Assembly (NCBI RefSeq): GCF_000020025.1
Contig: NC_010628.1
Location: 6,030,001-6,062,000, forward strand
From: Nostoc punctiforme PCC 73102
Lineage (GTDB): Bacteria > Cyanobacteriota > Cyanobacteriia > Cyanobacteriales > Nostocaceae
Direction of reading: 5' to 3'
DNA length: 32,000 nt
The position numbers and the translations under genes were made by a program. Below the pieces are notes generated by a model. That model saw only the letters and a list, made by a program, of their open reading frames with translations. It was not told where the DNA came from and did no database searches. Below, piece after piece: positions 1-9,824 of the stretch; position 1 is the first letter of the stretch; each line of letters opens with the position of its first letter.

Positions 1-461
1 TATCTGTCACATTCTTTTTTAAAATTGGTATAAATTTTAGTTATCTGCCTCAAGATAGATGTTCGGGGTTTTTAAGTTTTAGATTATACACAAGATACTT
101 TTGTATTACAAAACCATATATTGTTTTAAAGGGACTCCGACAATACTCTAATGATTTCTGAAATGAAGAACCACTGGCTACGAAAGATCGCTCAGTGCAG
201 CTGACAAAACCCGTGTTGTTGACGTATTAACTAGCTTACGTCCAACAGTAAGAGCATCGAATCAAAGGTTGTTTCTGTCAGGCGGCGATATTGTCCATTC
301 CCTGCGAATGGAAGGGGTAGTGTTGGAATTGGACGATGTGGTAGTACTTTTGGGCTTATGTCGTCTAATGGCGATCGGATTTCGCAGCGACGAAATTCGG
401 CGGGTGGTAACGGTGGGATAAGAACAATTCAAAATCCATAATTTCAGAGGAATCAACAACA

Positions 462-3400
462 ATGGCACCTAATCCAGCAGTTTTTAACCTCTCTGACCTC
501 GACGGGAACAATGGTTTTGCGATCGCAGGCTCTAACTTAATCATCTCGCCTAGGTCAAACTTTAGCAGTGACGGAGACATCAACAGCGACGGTATCGACG
601 ACCTGATAATTGGTGGTGCTGACGAAAGCTACGTAGTGTTTGGCAACAGCAATGGCTTTGAAGCTAGCTTCAAACTCTCCGACCTCAACGGCAGCAACGG
701 CTTCGTGATTAGCAGTGGCTATTTAGGCTACTCCGTCAGCATTCCCGGAGACATCAATGGTGATGGCATCGACGACCTAATTATCGGGGCACCAGGTGCC
801 TCTCCCAACGGCAAGATTAATGCTGGGAAAAGCTACGTGGTCTTTGGCAACAGCAATGGCTTTGGAGCCAGCCTCAATCTCTCTTCTCTGGACGGCAGCA
901 ACGGCTTCGTAATCAACGGCATTGATCGGCTTAACTACTCAGACTCCCTTGTAAGCAGTGCCGGAGACATCAATGGTGATGGCTTAGACGACCTAATTAT
1001 CGGGGTAGCTGGTGCCTCTCCCAACGGCAAGTTTTCTGCTGGGAAAAGCTACGTGGTCTTTGGGAGTGACAGAGGCTTGGAAGCTAGCCTTAATCTCTCC
1101 GACCTCAACGGCAGCAACGGCTTCGTGATTAACGGCATTGATGAGGGTGACGGCTCCGGCTCCCCCGTTAGCAGTGCCGGGGACTTCAACGGTGACGGCT
1201 TCAACGACCTAATTATCGCGGCATCTGGTGCCGACCCCAACGGCAAGTTTTCTGCTGGGGAGAGCTACGTGGTCTTTGGCAGCGGCAGCGGCTTTGGAGC
1301 TAGCTTCAATCTCTCCGACCTCAACGGCAGCAACGGCTTCGTGATTAACGGCATTGATGAGCGTAACTACTCAGGAAACTCCGTCAGCAGTGTAGGAGAC
1401 TTCAACGGTGACGGCTTCGACGACCTGATTATCGGGGCAAGTAGTGCCGGCAAATTCGGTGCTGGGCAGAGCTACGTCGTGTTTGGGAGTGACAGAGGTT
1501 TGGGAGCTAGCCTTAATCTCTCCGACCTCAATGGCAGCAACGGCTTCGTGATTAACGGCATTGATGAGGGTGACAACTCAGGCATATCTGTTAGCAATGC
1601 GGGGGACTTCAACGGTGACGGCTTCGACGACCTAATTATCGGGGCACAACTTGCCTCCCCCAACGGCAAATTCGCTGCTGGGGAAAGCTACGTGGTGTTT
1701 GGCAGCAGCAGCGGCTTTGGAGCTAGCTTCAATCTCTCCGACCTCAACGGCAGCAACGGCTTCGCGATCAACGGCATTGATGTAAATGATCGTTCAGGCT
1801 ACTCCGTCAGCGGTGTAGGGGATATCAACGGCGATGGCTTTGACGACCTGAGTCTCGGGGCAACTTTTTACTCACGCGTCCAAACCTCTAGGGAGAGATA
1901 CATCATTTTTGGCTTTGCTACTACTACAGCTCCTAATCAACCTCCAGTCGCAGTTACCGACACTGCGACCACGAACGAAGACACTGCCGTTAACATTTCA
2001 GTTTTAACCAATGATAGTGACCCAGATAGCAACCCCTTAACAGTGACAAATGTCAACGGGAGTGCGGTGACTGTTGGCATCCCTGTTACCTTGAGTTCCA
2101 GTGCTTTATTAACTCTCAATGCTGATGGCACTTTCACCTACGACCCCAACGCTCAATTTGAAACTTTAGCTGTGGGTCAAACTGGCAGCGATAGCTTCAC
2201 CTACACAGTTAGCGATGGCAGCTTTACCAGTACAGTTGGCGTTAACCTGACCATCAATGGGGTGAATGATCCACCTAGGCTTGCCTCTGTTTTCAATCTC
2301 TCTAACCTCAATGGCAGTAACGGCTTTGCGATTAACGGCATTGATGAGGGTGACGGCTCAGGCTCCCCCGTTAGCAGTGCCAGGGACTTCAACGGTGACG
2401 GCTTCGACGACCTAATTATCGGGGCAAGTAATGCCGACCCCAACGGTCAGTTAAATGCTGGGGAGAGCTACGTAGTGTTTGGCAGCAGTAGTGCCTTTGG
2501 AACTAGCTTCACCCTCTCGTCCCTAGACGGCAGCAACGGCTTCGTGCTCAACGGCATTGATGAGTTTGACTTCTCAGGCTCCACCGTTAGCAGTGCTGGG
2601 GATATTAACGGTGACGGCTTCGATGACCTGATTATTGGGGCACCTTTTGCCTCCTCCAACGGTAAAGACCTTGCCGGAGAAAGTTACGTAGTGTTTGGCA
2701 GCAGCAGTGGCTTTGGAGCTAGCCTTAATCTTTCGTCTCTGGACGGCAGTAACGGCTTTGTGCTCAACGGCATTGATGCGTCTGACTTCTCAAGCGGCTC
2801 CGTTAACAGTGTCGGCGACATTAACGGTGACGGCTTCGATGACTTGATTATTGGCGCACCTACTGCCTCCCCTAACGGTAAAGAACGTGCTGGGGAAAGT
2901 TACGTAGTGTTTGGCGGTAGTAGCTTTGGAGCTAGCCTTAACCTCTCCAACCTCAATGGCAGCAACGGCTTCGTGATTAACGGCATTGATGAGGGTGACA
3001 ACTCAGGCTCCTCCGTTAGCAGTGTAGGGGACATTAACGGTGACGGCTTCGATGACCTGATTATCGGAGCACCTTCTGCCTCCTTTGATAATGGGGAGAG
3101 CTACGTAGTGTTTGGCAGCAGTAGTGGCTTTGGAGCTAACCTCAACCTCTCCGACCTCAACGGCAGCAACGGCTTCACGATCAACGGCATTGATGTGAAT
3201 TACCGTTCAGGCTCCTCCGTTAGCAATGCCGGAGACTTCAATGGTGATGGCTTCGATGACTTGATTATCGGGGTAAGCAATTACTCCCGCTACGCCAAAC
3301 CTGAGTACGGAGAAAGCTACGTGGTCTTTGGCAGCGGCAGCGGCTTTGGAACTAGCCTTAACCTCTCCGACCTCAATGGCAGCAACGGCTTCGCTATCAA

Positions 3401-4766
3401 AGGCATTGATGAGGGTGACAACTCAGGCTCCTCCGTTAGCAGTGCCGGGGATTTCAACGGTGACGGCTTCGATGACTTGATTATTGGGGCAGCTTTTGGC
3501 GACCCCAATGGCAAGTTAAATGCTGGGGAGAGCTACTTACTGTTTGGTAGCAGTAGCGGCTTTGGAGCTAGTTTCAATCTCTCCGACCTCAACGGCAGCA
3601 ATGGCTTCGCTATCAAAGGCATTGATGAGCGTGACTACTCTGGCTCCTCTGTCAGTAGTGCTGGAGACATCAATGGTGACGGCTTTGATGACCTAATTAT
3701 CGGGGCACCAAATAACTCCCGCTTTGCAACTGGAGCCGGGGAGAGTTACGTCATCTTTGGCTTTGCGACTAAGATTACCACTGTCACTGAGGAAGATACT
3801 GCCGTTAACATCCTTGCTAGCACCATTCTAAATAGATATTCTGATGTTGATGGCGATACCTTAAGTATCACTGGCTTTACTAACCCTGCCAACGGCACAC
3901 TGGCTTTCAACGACAACGGCACTGTTGGCAATCCCAACGACGACTATTTTGTTTACACCCCTAATGCCAACTATAACGATACTGACAGCTTTACTTACAC
4001 TATTAATGACAGCAATGGCGGTAGCATTACTGGTACTTTTAACCTGACTATCAACCCAGTTAACGATGCACCTATTACAGTGAATGATACTGTTACAGAT
4101 GCGAAAAATACTGCTGTGAGTATTGAAGCAAAAACCCTGTTGGCTAACGATCGCGACATCGATAGCACCAACCTCAGCATCACTGGTGTCAGCGCTGCAA
4201 CTCACGGTACTGCGGTGCTGAAAAATAACGGCACTCCCAGCAACTCGGCAGATGATTTTATCGTGTTTACACCAACTTGCGGGTTTAGCGGTGCGGCTAG
4301 CTTTAACTACACTATCACTGATGGCCAACTCACCAGCACTGCGAAGGTTACTATCCAAGTGGGCGATCGCTTTTTTGGTGACAACGGCAACGATGTACTC
4401 CACGGCACTCCCGGTAATGACTACCTCAATGGTGGTAATGGCAAAGACATCCTCTACGGTGGTAATGGCAAAGATACCCTCTCTGGCGGCAATGGTAACG
4501 ACCTTTTATCTGGTGGTCTTGGTAGTGATATCCTCACGGGTGGCAATGGTGATGATAAATTTGTCTTCGCTGCTGGAGAAGGTAATGGTATTATTACCGA
4601 CTTCTGCAAGGGCAACGATTTAATTGGCTTGTCTAATGGTCTGACCTTTAGCCAACTGAGTTTCTGTGGTAACAATATTATCGTGACTACTACTGATGAA
4701 ATCTTGGCAACGCTGACTGGTATTAACACTAATACCCTGATTGCCTCTAATTTCACAATCGTCTAA
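462..4766 (+). CDS. Giant secreted FG-GAP (integrin-alpha-like) repeat / cadherin-like domain / RTX calcium-binding repeat protein, 1434 aa
   Basis: Single 4.3-kb ORF. It has 14 units of about 70 aa with the motif LNLSDLNGSNGFxINGID...GDxNGDGxDDLIIGA...GESYVVFG (FG-GAP with Ca-binding DxNxDGxxD loops). There are three segments of the type TNEDTAVNI...D.D...L.....P.NGT....DG.F.YTP...F.G.DSFTYT..DG (cadherin-like/VCBS-like). C-terminal GGxGxDxL nonapeptides follow (GGNGKDILYGGNGKDTLSGGNGNDLLSGGLGSDILTGGNGDD). Confidence 0.9.
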   Translation: MAPNPAVFNLSDLDGNNGFAIAGSNLIISPRSNFSSDGDINSDGIDDLIIGGADESYVVFGNSNGFEASFKLSDLNGSNGFVISSGYLGYSVSIPGDINGDGIDDLIIGAPGASPNGKINAGKSYVVFGNSNGFGASLNLSSLDGSNGFVINGIDRLNYSDSLVSSAGDINGDGLDDLIIGVAGASPNGKFSAGKSYVVFGSDRGLEASLNLSDLNGSNGFVINGIDEGDGSGSPVSSAGDFNGDGFNDLIIAASGADPNGKFSAGESYVVFGSGSGFGASFNLSDLNGSNGFVINGIDERNYSGNSVSSVGDFNGDGFDDLIIGASSAGKFGAGQSYVVFGSDRGLGASLNLSDLNGSNGFVINGIDEGDNSGISVSNAGDFNGDGFDDLIIGAQLASPNGKFAAGESYVVFGSSSGFGASFNLSDLNGSNGFAINGIDVNDRSGYSVSGVGDINGDGFDDLSLGATFYSRVQTSRERYIIFGFATTTAPNQPPVAVTDTATTNEDTAVNISVLTNDSDPDSNPLTVTNVNGSAVTVGIPVTLSSSALLTLNADGTFTYDPNAQFETLAVGQTGSDSFTYTVSDGSFTSTVGVNLTINGVNDPPRLASVFNLSNLNGSNGFAINGIDEGDGSGSPVSSARDFNGDGFDDLIIGASNADPNGQLNAGESYVVFGSSSAFGTSFTLSSLDGSNGFVLNGIDEFDFSGSTVSSAGDINGDGFDDLIIGAPFASSNGKDLAGESYVVFGSSSGFGASLNLSSLDGSNGFVLNGIDASDFSSGSVNSVGDINGDGFDDLIIGAPTASPNGKERAGESYVVFGGSSFGASLNLSNLNGSNGFVINGIDEGDNSGSSVSSVGDINGDGFDDLIIGAPSASFDNGESYVVFGSSSGFGANLNLSDLNGSNGFTINGIDVNYRSGSSVSNAGDFNGDGFDDLIIGVSNYSRYAKPEYGESYVVFGSGSGFGTSLNLSDLNGSNGFAIKGIDEGDNSGSSVSSAGDFNGDGFDDLIIGAAFGDPNGKLNAGESYLLFGSSSGFGASFNLSDLNGSNGFAIKGIDERDYSGSSVSSAGDINGDGFDDLIIGAPNNSRFATGAGESYVIFGFATKITTVTEEDTAVNILASTILNRYSDVDGDTLSITGFTNPANGTLAFNDNGTVGNPNDDYFVYTPNANYNDTDSFTYTINDSNGGSITGTFNLTINPVNDAPITVNDTVTDAKNTAVSIEAKTLLANDRDIDSTNLSITGVSAATHGTAVLKNNGTPSNSADDFIVFTPTCGFSGAASFNYTITDGQLTSTAKVTIQVGDRFFGDNGNDVLHGTPGNDYLNGGNGKDILYGGNGKDTLSGGNGNDLLSGGLGSDILTGGNGDDKFVFAAGEGNGIITDFCKGNDLIGLSNGLTFSQLSFCGNNIIVTTTDEILATLTGINTNTLIASNFTIV
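480..1916 (+). repeat. Tandem FG-GAP blade repeats, block 1 (7 units, about 210 nt period)
   Basis: Seven consecutive (F/L)NLS(D/S)L(D/N)G(S/N)NGF-initiated units (aa 7-485). Long stretches are near-identical at nucleotide level, e.g. ctctccgacctcaacggcagcaacggcttcgtgattaacggcattgatga recurs. Confidence 0.85.
2286..3764 (+). repeat. Tandem FG-GAP blade repeats, block 2 (7 units)
   Basis: Seven more units of the same type (aa 609-1101). They are separated from block 1 by a cadherin-like domain (about 1941-2273). Confidence 0.85.
4374..4562 (+). repeat. RTX (hemolysin-type) Ca-binding nonapeptide repeats
   Basis: GDNGNDVLHGTPGNDYLNGGNGKDILYGGNGKDTLSGGNGNDLLSGGLGSDILTGGNGDDKF. This is the consensus GGxGxDxL/I/F repeat typical of type I secretion substrates. 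Confidence 0.85.
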
Positions 4767-5208
4767 TATCCAAGTCGGGGAGCGAGGTTTTGCTCCTCTA
4801 AAAAACCAATAATTATCTATAGAATCAGCCCTTTCGTCAAACTAATTGTAATCACAAGTCTTTTGGAAGTCATAAGTCATAATAGGCTACCGAGTTAAGA
4901 TTCTGGATGGCAATGCGATCGCAGACACAAATCTTTGCAACAGATGAATCAGCTATAGGGAGGTACATCTGTTGCACTAATTTCGTGAAATGGTAGGACT
5001 TTTCACGCTATGTAGAATTAGAAAAATGATGTGTGCAATTTCAGTATTAAAGCGGAAACAACATCAATTTACTTGATGAAATTCCGCAATTGCCACCAGG
5101 ACAATTTCAAAACCGCAGTGTAGTCTTTAACTAGAAAAACAGTATTAGGCAATTGCTAGACAAAATGCCGACTATGGCCGCTAAACTTTTATAATATTTG
5201 TTGTTCTT

Positions 5209-5388
5209 ATGACTCCAAAACACACCAAAATTAAATTTCCACTTTGGCAGTATCTGAACCAGCCTTTATTTAGTCACGATACTAAATTAGTATTGAATCC
5301 CCAACGCTTTGCATTGATCTGGCGGCTTCGACTTCTAGAACGCTGTTGGGCTAAAGAATGTGATGCCAAAGGACCCCAACAGCATTAG
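5209..5388 (+). CDS. Possible small hypothetical protein (59 aa, below the ORF-track cutoff)
   Basis: Hand translation gives ATG..TAG, MTPKHTKIKFPLWQYLNQPLFSHDTKLVLNPQRFALIWRLRLLERCWAKECDAKGPQQH. A TATAAT box lies at 5191-5196. No recognisable family. Confidence 0.2.
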   Translation: MTPKHTKIKFPLWQYLNQPLFSHDTKLVLNPQRFALIWRLRLLERCWAKECDAKGPQQH

Positions 5389-5407
5389 CTACCTGAAAAG
5401 CCTCAAA

Positions 5408-6700
5408 CTAAGCCTCGTCTACAGAACGAGGCTTTTTGCCGTCAAGTAAAGCACTGACAGTCATATCTCCCATAACATTAATCGCGGTGCGGCAGCGATC
5501 CAAAAACCAGTCTATGGTAACCAGCAAAGCAATGTACTGGGTAGGTAAGCCTACAGAAGTGAACACTAGTGTCATTGTTACTAGTCCAGCATTAGGAATA
5601 TTCGCCGCACCTACAGATGCAAAAATCGAGGTCAGAATGACAATTAACTGCTGTCCTAGAGTCAGATGTTGCCCAATTAGTTGGGAAATATACAACGCAG
5701 ACATTGCTTCATAAAGGGCAGTGCCATCATTATTAAAATTTGCCCCGACTAATGCCCCCAAAGCAGCAGAAGATTCTCTTAAACCAACTTTTGTTTGCAA
5801 AACCTCAAAAGTTACGGGCATTGCCGCCGCAGAGGAAGAAGTTGAAAAAGCTGTTAAAAAGGCATCAGATCCGCCAGCTAGGAATTTTAGCGGGGGTACC
5901 CAAGAACCAAATTTTACTCTAGTAAGGTAATAGCACGCCTGCAATGCCAATGCTAACAGCACCGCCAGAATAAATGCACCCAAAGATTTAAACGGTGTAA
6001 ATCCCTGCATAGCAACTGTTTTAGCAACAATCCCAAAAACGGCGAAAGGCACTAAGGCTATTACCCAGTTGAGGACGCGGACTACCGCTTCGAATAAAAT
6101 CCCGATGACATCTTCTATTGGTTGGTATCCTTTTTTCCCTTGGGCAATTTGTTCAGATTTTAATCCCCGCAGGACGATGCCAAAACTTAGGGCAATAACA
6201 ATTAGTTGAATAACATTATTATCAACTAATGGCTTGAGGACAGCTTCCGGTACAGCATCTTTGAGTATTCCCCAAGGGTCAAGACTCTGAGTAGTTATTT
6301 GTGTAGTTGTTGAGGTAGCTACATTGCCCCAAGTTCCTGGACGCAGCACATTTGCTACGAAAAGTCCTACTAAAATAGCTACTGTAGTGTTAGTCAAAAG
6401 TAGCACCGCCAGCCGCCGTCCGGCTGTACCGGGGATATTGGTAGTCATTAAGGTATGCAGCACCGCTACCAGAATTAGAGGCGTAGCTAGGGCGCGGAGA
6501 GCCTTTAGCACCAACTCAGCCGGAATTGCTAAATTGTTAATTAAAGTGGCATTGCTGGGATTGGGATTTCCCGCACCAAGGGCAATTCCAACGCTGACTG
6601 CGGCTACTAAGGCGATGAGAATTTGCAATGTGAGAGGGATACGCTGCCACCAAGGGCTAGCTTTGGTTTCAGGCGAAGTAGTACTCTCTGTTTCACTCAT
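5408..6700 (-). CDS. Dicarboxylate/amino acid:cation symporter (DAACS / sodium:dicarboxylate symporter family), 430 aa
   Basis: Polytopic membrane protein with family-typical segments: SSSAAAMPV, GANFNNDGTALYEAM, GAANIPNAGLVTM, DWFLDRCRTAINVMGD. Confidence 0.85.
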   Translation of the reverse strand: MSETESTTSPETKASPWWQRIPLTLQILIALVAAVSVGIALGAGNPNPSNATLINNLAIPAELVLKALRALATPLILVAVLHTLMTTNIPGTAGRRLAVLLLTNTTVAILVGLFVANVLRPGTWGNVATSTTTQITTQSLDPWGILKDAVPEAVLKPLVDNNVIQLIVIALSFGIVLRGLKSEQIAQGKKGYQPIEDVIGILFEAVVRVLNWVIALVPFAVFGIVAKTVAMQGFTPFKSLGAFILAVLLALALQACYYLTRVKFGSWVPPLKFLAGGSDAFLTAFSTSSSAAAMPVTFEVLQTKVGLRESSAALGALVGANFNNDGTALYEAMSALYISQLIGQHLTLGQQLIVILTSIFASVGAANIPNAGLVTMTLVFTSVGLPTQYIALLVTIDWFLDRCRTAINVMGDMTVSALLDGKKPRSVDEA

Positions 6701-6893
6701 TAGTTAGATGCTGATGAACTGCTGTAACTATTAAAACAACACTGATGACAGTGACAATTTCGGAAAAAGAACAGCTTTAATTTTAGGTAAAAACTGCTAA
6801 TGTAATATTCCGTTGCTTTGCAAAATCCGGCTTGAAAGGGTATACCACAAGGTAGGCCCCTAAAGATATTTTGGCTTGTGGTTGGAGATGCTT

Positions 6894-9524
6894 ATGTCCT
6901 TTGTGCCTTTACATATTCACAGTGACTACAGTCTATTAGATGGGGCAAGTCAGCTACCAGAGTTGGTAGATCAAGCGATCGCACTGGGGATGAAAGCGAT
7001 CGCCCTTACCGATCATGGTGTCATGTATGGAGCCGTTGAACTGATCAAAATCTGCCGTAGTCAAAATATTAAGCCGATTATCGGCAATGAAATGTATGTA
7101 ATTAATGGTGATATCGAGAAACAAGAACGTCGCCCCAAATATCATCAAGTCGTTTTAGCTAAAAATACCAAAGGTTACAAAAATTTAGTCAAATTAACTA
7201 CAATTTCTCATCTTCAAGGTGTTCAAGGCAAAGGAATCTTTTCACGTCCTTGTATTAATAAAGATTTACTAAAACAATACCATGAAGGCTTGATTGTCAC
7301 CAGTGCTTGCTTGGGTGGAGAAGTTCCCCAAGCGATTCTCAGTAATAGACCAGATGCAGCCCGGAAAGTTGCACAGTGGTATAAAGATGTATTTGGTGAT
7401 GATTATTATCTAGAAATTCAAGACCACGGCTCCCAAGAAGACCGAATAGTGAATGTTGAAATAGTTAAAATTGCTAGAGAACTAGGCATTAAAATTATTG
7501 CTACTAATGATTCACATTTTATTTCTTGTTTCGACGTTGAAGCCCACGACGCTTTGCTATGTATTCAAACTGGCAAGCTAATTATTGAAGATAAGCGGAT
7601 GCGTTATAGCGGCACAGAGTATCTCAAATCTGGTGAAGAGATGCGGCAGCTATTTCGTGACCATTTGCCGGATGATGTGATTTCTGAAGCTGTAGCCACT
7701 ACTGAAGAAGTCGCTGATAAAGTCGAGCCTTACCATATCATGGGTGAGCCTCAGATACCTACACCCCCCATTCCCTCCGGTCATACTGCTGACACTTACG
7801 CCGAAGATGTTGCATGGAACGGACTTTTAGAACGATTAAATCGCAAATCTCGCCAGGAAGTTGATTCCGTCTATAAAGAAAGATTGGAATACGAACTGAA
7901 AATGATTCAGCAGATGGGTTTTTCCAAATACTTTTTAGTTGTATGGGACTACATTAAATTTGCTAGAGATAATAATATTCCTGTCGGGCCAGGTCGGGGT
8001 TCGGCGGCTGGTTCGTTAGTTGCTTATGCAATGCGAATTACTAATATTGATCCTGTGCATCATGGGCTACTATTTGAACGTTTTTTGAACCCCGAACGGA
8101 AATCCATGCCTGATATTGATACGGATTTCTGTATTGAACAACGGGATAAAGTTATTGAATATGTCACTGAGAAATACGGTGCAGATAGAGTTGCCCAAAT
8201 CATTACTTTTAACCGTCTAACTTCTAAGGCAGTTTTGAAAGATGTCGCCAGAGTATTGAATATTCCCTACGGGGAAGCTGACAAAATGGCGAAATTAATT
8301 CCTGTAGTGCGAGGGAAACCAACAAAACTCAAGGTGATGGTTTCCGATAAAACTCCAGAACCAGAGTTTAAAGAAAAATATGATAAAGAACCCCATGTTC
8401 GCCATTGGCTTGATATGGCGATGCGAATTGAAGGAACTAACAAAACCTTTGGTGTTCATGCAGCCGGGGTGGTAATTTCAGACGAACCACTTGATGAAAT
8501 TGTGCCGCTACAGAAAAATAATGATGGTTCTGTGATTACCCAGTATTTCATGGAAGATCTCGAATCAATGGGTTTGTTAAAAATGGATTTTCTGGGTTTG
8601 CGGAACCTGACGCTGATTCAAAAGACCGTTGATTTGATTCAAGAAACGAGAGGATATCGGGTTGATCCTGATGAAATTCCGCGCCAGGAAAGAAAAGCCC
8701 AAAAGATATTAGCTAAAGGTGAACATAGCAGTTTACCTAAAGATGTACAAAAAACTTATGAATTATTAGAAGCAGGTGAGTTAGAAGGGATATTTCAATT
8801 AGAATCTTCGGGAATGCGTCAGATAGTGCGAGATTTGAAGCCTTCTAATATAGAAGATATTTCTTCAATTTTGGCACTTTATCGACCGGGGCCATTAGAT
8901 GCGGGGCTGATTCCTAAGTTTATTAACCGCAAACATGGTCGAGAAAACATTGATTATCAACACACTGTTTTAGAACCAATATTAGACGAAACTTATGGAA
9001 TTATGGTCTATCAAGAGCAAATCATGAAAATTGCTCAGGATATGGCTGGATATTCTTTAGGACAAGCTGACTTGCTGCGTCGGGCGATGGGTAAAAAGAA
9101 AGTTTCTGAGATGCAAAAGCAGCGAGAAAAATTCGTGGATGGCGCAGCAAAAAATGGTGTTCCGAAAAAAGTTGCGGATGAGTTATTTGAGCAAATGTTG
9201 AAGTTTGCTGAATATTGTTTAAGCTATGAAACGGAAATATTGACAGTAGAATATGGATTATTACCGATTGGTAAAATTGTAGAAAAGCGCATCGAATGTA
9301 CTGTTTATAGCGTTGATAATAATGGAAATATTTATACACAACCTGTAGCACAATGGCACGATCGCGGAGAACAAGAGGTGTTTGAGTATTGTTTGGAAGA
9401 TGGTTCATTGATTCGGGCAACAAAAGACCATAAGTTTATGACTGTTGATGGTCAAATGTTGCCAATTGATGAAATATTTGAACGTGAATTGGATTTGATG
9501 CGGGTTGATAATTTGCCGAATTGA
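6894..9524 (+). CDS. dnaE: DNA polymerase III alpha subunit, N-terminal split half (DnaE-n) fused to an N-intein
   Basis: PHP-domain N-terminus [17 protein letters not shown] and pol III alpha core motifs ([30 protein letters not shown]). The ORF stops after only about 775 aa of extein plus 102 aa of intein. The track start (TTG 6876) and ATG 6888 are alternatives. ATG 6894 gives the canonical N-terminus. Confidence 0.9.
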   Translation: MSFVPLHIHSDYSLLDGASQLPELVDQAIALGMKAIALTDHGVMYGAVELIKICRSQNIKPIIGNEMYVINGDIEKQERRPKYHQVVLAKNTKGYKNLVKLTTISHLQGVQGKGIFSRPCINKDLLKQYHEGLIVTSACLGGEVPQAILSNRPDAARKVAQWYKDVFGDDYYLEIQDHGSQEDRIVNVEIVKIARELGIKIIATNDSHFISCFDVEAHDALLCIQTGKLIIEDKRMRYSGTEYLKSGEEMRQLFRDHLPDDVISEAVATTEEVADKVEPYHIMGEPQIPTPPIPSGHTADTYAEDVAWNGLLERLNRKSRQEVDSVYKERLEYELKMIQQMGFSKYFLVVWDYIKFARDNNIPVGPGRGSAAGSLVAYAMRITNIDPVHHGLLFERFLNPERKSMPDIDTDFCIEQRDKVIEYVTEKYGADRVAQIITFNRLTSKAVLKDVARVLNIPYGEADKMAKLIPVVRGKPTKLKVMVSDKTPEPEFKEKYDKEPHVRHWLDMAMRIEGTNKTFGVHAAGVVISDEPLDEIVPLQKNNDGSVITQYFMEDLESMGLLKMDFLGLRNLTLIQKTVDLIQETRGYRVDPDEIPRQERKAQKILAKGEHSSLPKDVQKTYELLEAGELEGIFQLESSGMRQIVRDLKPSNIEDISSILALYRPGPLDAGLIPKFINRKHGRENIDYQHTVLEPILDETYGIMVYQEQIMKIAQDMAGYSLGQADLLRRAMGKKKVSEMQKQREKFVDGAAKNGVPKKVADELFEQMLKFAEYCLSYETEILTVEYGLLPIGKIVEKRIECTVYSVDNNGNIYTQPVAQWHDRGEQEVFEYCLEDGSLIRATKDHKFMTVDGQMLPIDEIFERELDLMRVDNLPN
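6975..7003. repeat. Two HIP1 (GCGATCGC) octamers, an example of the cyanobacterial highly iterated palindrome
   Basis: GCGATCGC at 6975-6982 and 6996-7003. I found at least 22 copies in the window by eye, starting at 519, 4363, 4915, 6975, 6996, 10182, 10713, 11004, 11990, 12015, 15454, 15814, 15869, 15957, 17754, 19088, 19688, 20707, 21718, 21981, 27537 and 28529. Confidence 0.9.
9216..9521 (+). other. Split-intein N fragment (DnaE IntN, 102 aa)
   Basis: It begins with Cys after the extein end ...KFAEY| : [102 protein letters not shown], followed by the stop codon. From memory this is identical to the Npu DnaE N-intein used in protein engineering. Confidence 0.9.
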
Positions 9525-9568
9525 GAAAAGGGATAGTGAGAAATCGGAATTTTCTACTTGTTATATAA

Positions 9569-9746
9569 ATGAGAGTTCACGGTACAATAAAAATTCGCAG
9601 CTTGGCAATCGTCATTGATAAAGAGGACGATATGTATAGCTGATTGTCCCAAAGTTGGTACGATTCAGCAGAGAGACACAATCGAACAGGTAATTGCTGG
9701 TTTGAGAGAAGCGACACAGCTTTACTTTAAGGAATCCTCTACCTAA
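9569..9746 (+). pseudogene. Frameshifted HicB-like (UPF0150 family) antitoxin remnant
   Basis: ATG 9569 reads MRVHGTIKIRSLAIVIDKEDDMYS then stops at 9641. Shifting by one nucleotide at about 9638 continues as ADCPKVGTIQQRDTIEQVIAGLREATQLYFKESST, stopping at 9744-9746. Joined, the two pieces resemble the small HicB/UPF0150 pattern (..DG.Y.A.CPEL.G..SQG.T.EEA..NL.EA..LY.E). Confidence 0.4.
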
Positions 9747-9824
9747 TTATTATGCCTATAGGCTAGAAGCATCAGGCTGCACTTAGTGACATGATCAAAG
9801 GAGGTCATGTTTTGATGTTGTCCT

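Noticed and set aside
167-421. An open frame upstream of the FG-GAP gene (..DKTRVVDVLTSLRPTVRASNQRLFLSGGDIVHSLRMEGVVLELDDVVVLLGLCRLMAIGFRSDEIRRVVTVG), together with antisense ORFs 262-468 and 365-583.
   Set aside because: There is no convincing start codon or RBS (only an internal ATG giving 37 aa), no recognisable family, and the antisense ORFs overlap each other and the 5' end of the large gene. It may be a gene remnant, but this is unsupported.
480-3764. Regularly spaced nucleotide repeats of about 210 nt, considered as a possible CRISPR array or other non-coding tandem array.
   Set aside because: The period is far too long, there is no short-repeat/unique-spacer structure, and the repeats are in frame within a continuous protein-coding ORF (FG-GAP blades). 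No CRISPR array is present anywhere in the window.
1049-4756. A periodic series of 60-180-aa minus-strand and off-frame ORFs inside the FG-GAP/RTX gene, for example 1049-1246, 1472-1669, 2201-2443, 3317-3514, 3861-4403, 4252-4623 and 4454-4756.
   Set aside because: They are repeat-driven open frames antisense to, or out of frame with, a strongly supported 1434-aa gene. Their sequences are low-complexity (P/S/L-rich) and recur with the repeat period.
4984-5087. Two hairpins in the 640-bp intergenic region: cgtgaaa-N10-tttcacg at 4984-5007, and gcggaa..catcaa-tttac-ttgatg..ttccgc at 5052-5087. They were considered as a possible sRNA or riboswitch.
   Set aside because: The stems are short and AT-rich, with no flanking promoter/terminator pair and no resemblance to a known riboswitch core. 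Evidence from sequence alone is insufficient.
5436-6707. Plus-strand ORFs 5436-5714, 5721-5930, 5740-5922 and 6324-6707 antisense to the symporter gene. Similar antisense ORFs lie inside dnaE, ftsH, the LtrA-like gene, the MoxR gene and the CHAT gene.
   Set aside because: All are nested in the opposite strand of long, motif-supported genes. They have biased low-complexity composition and lack start-site context.
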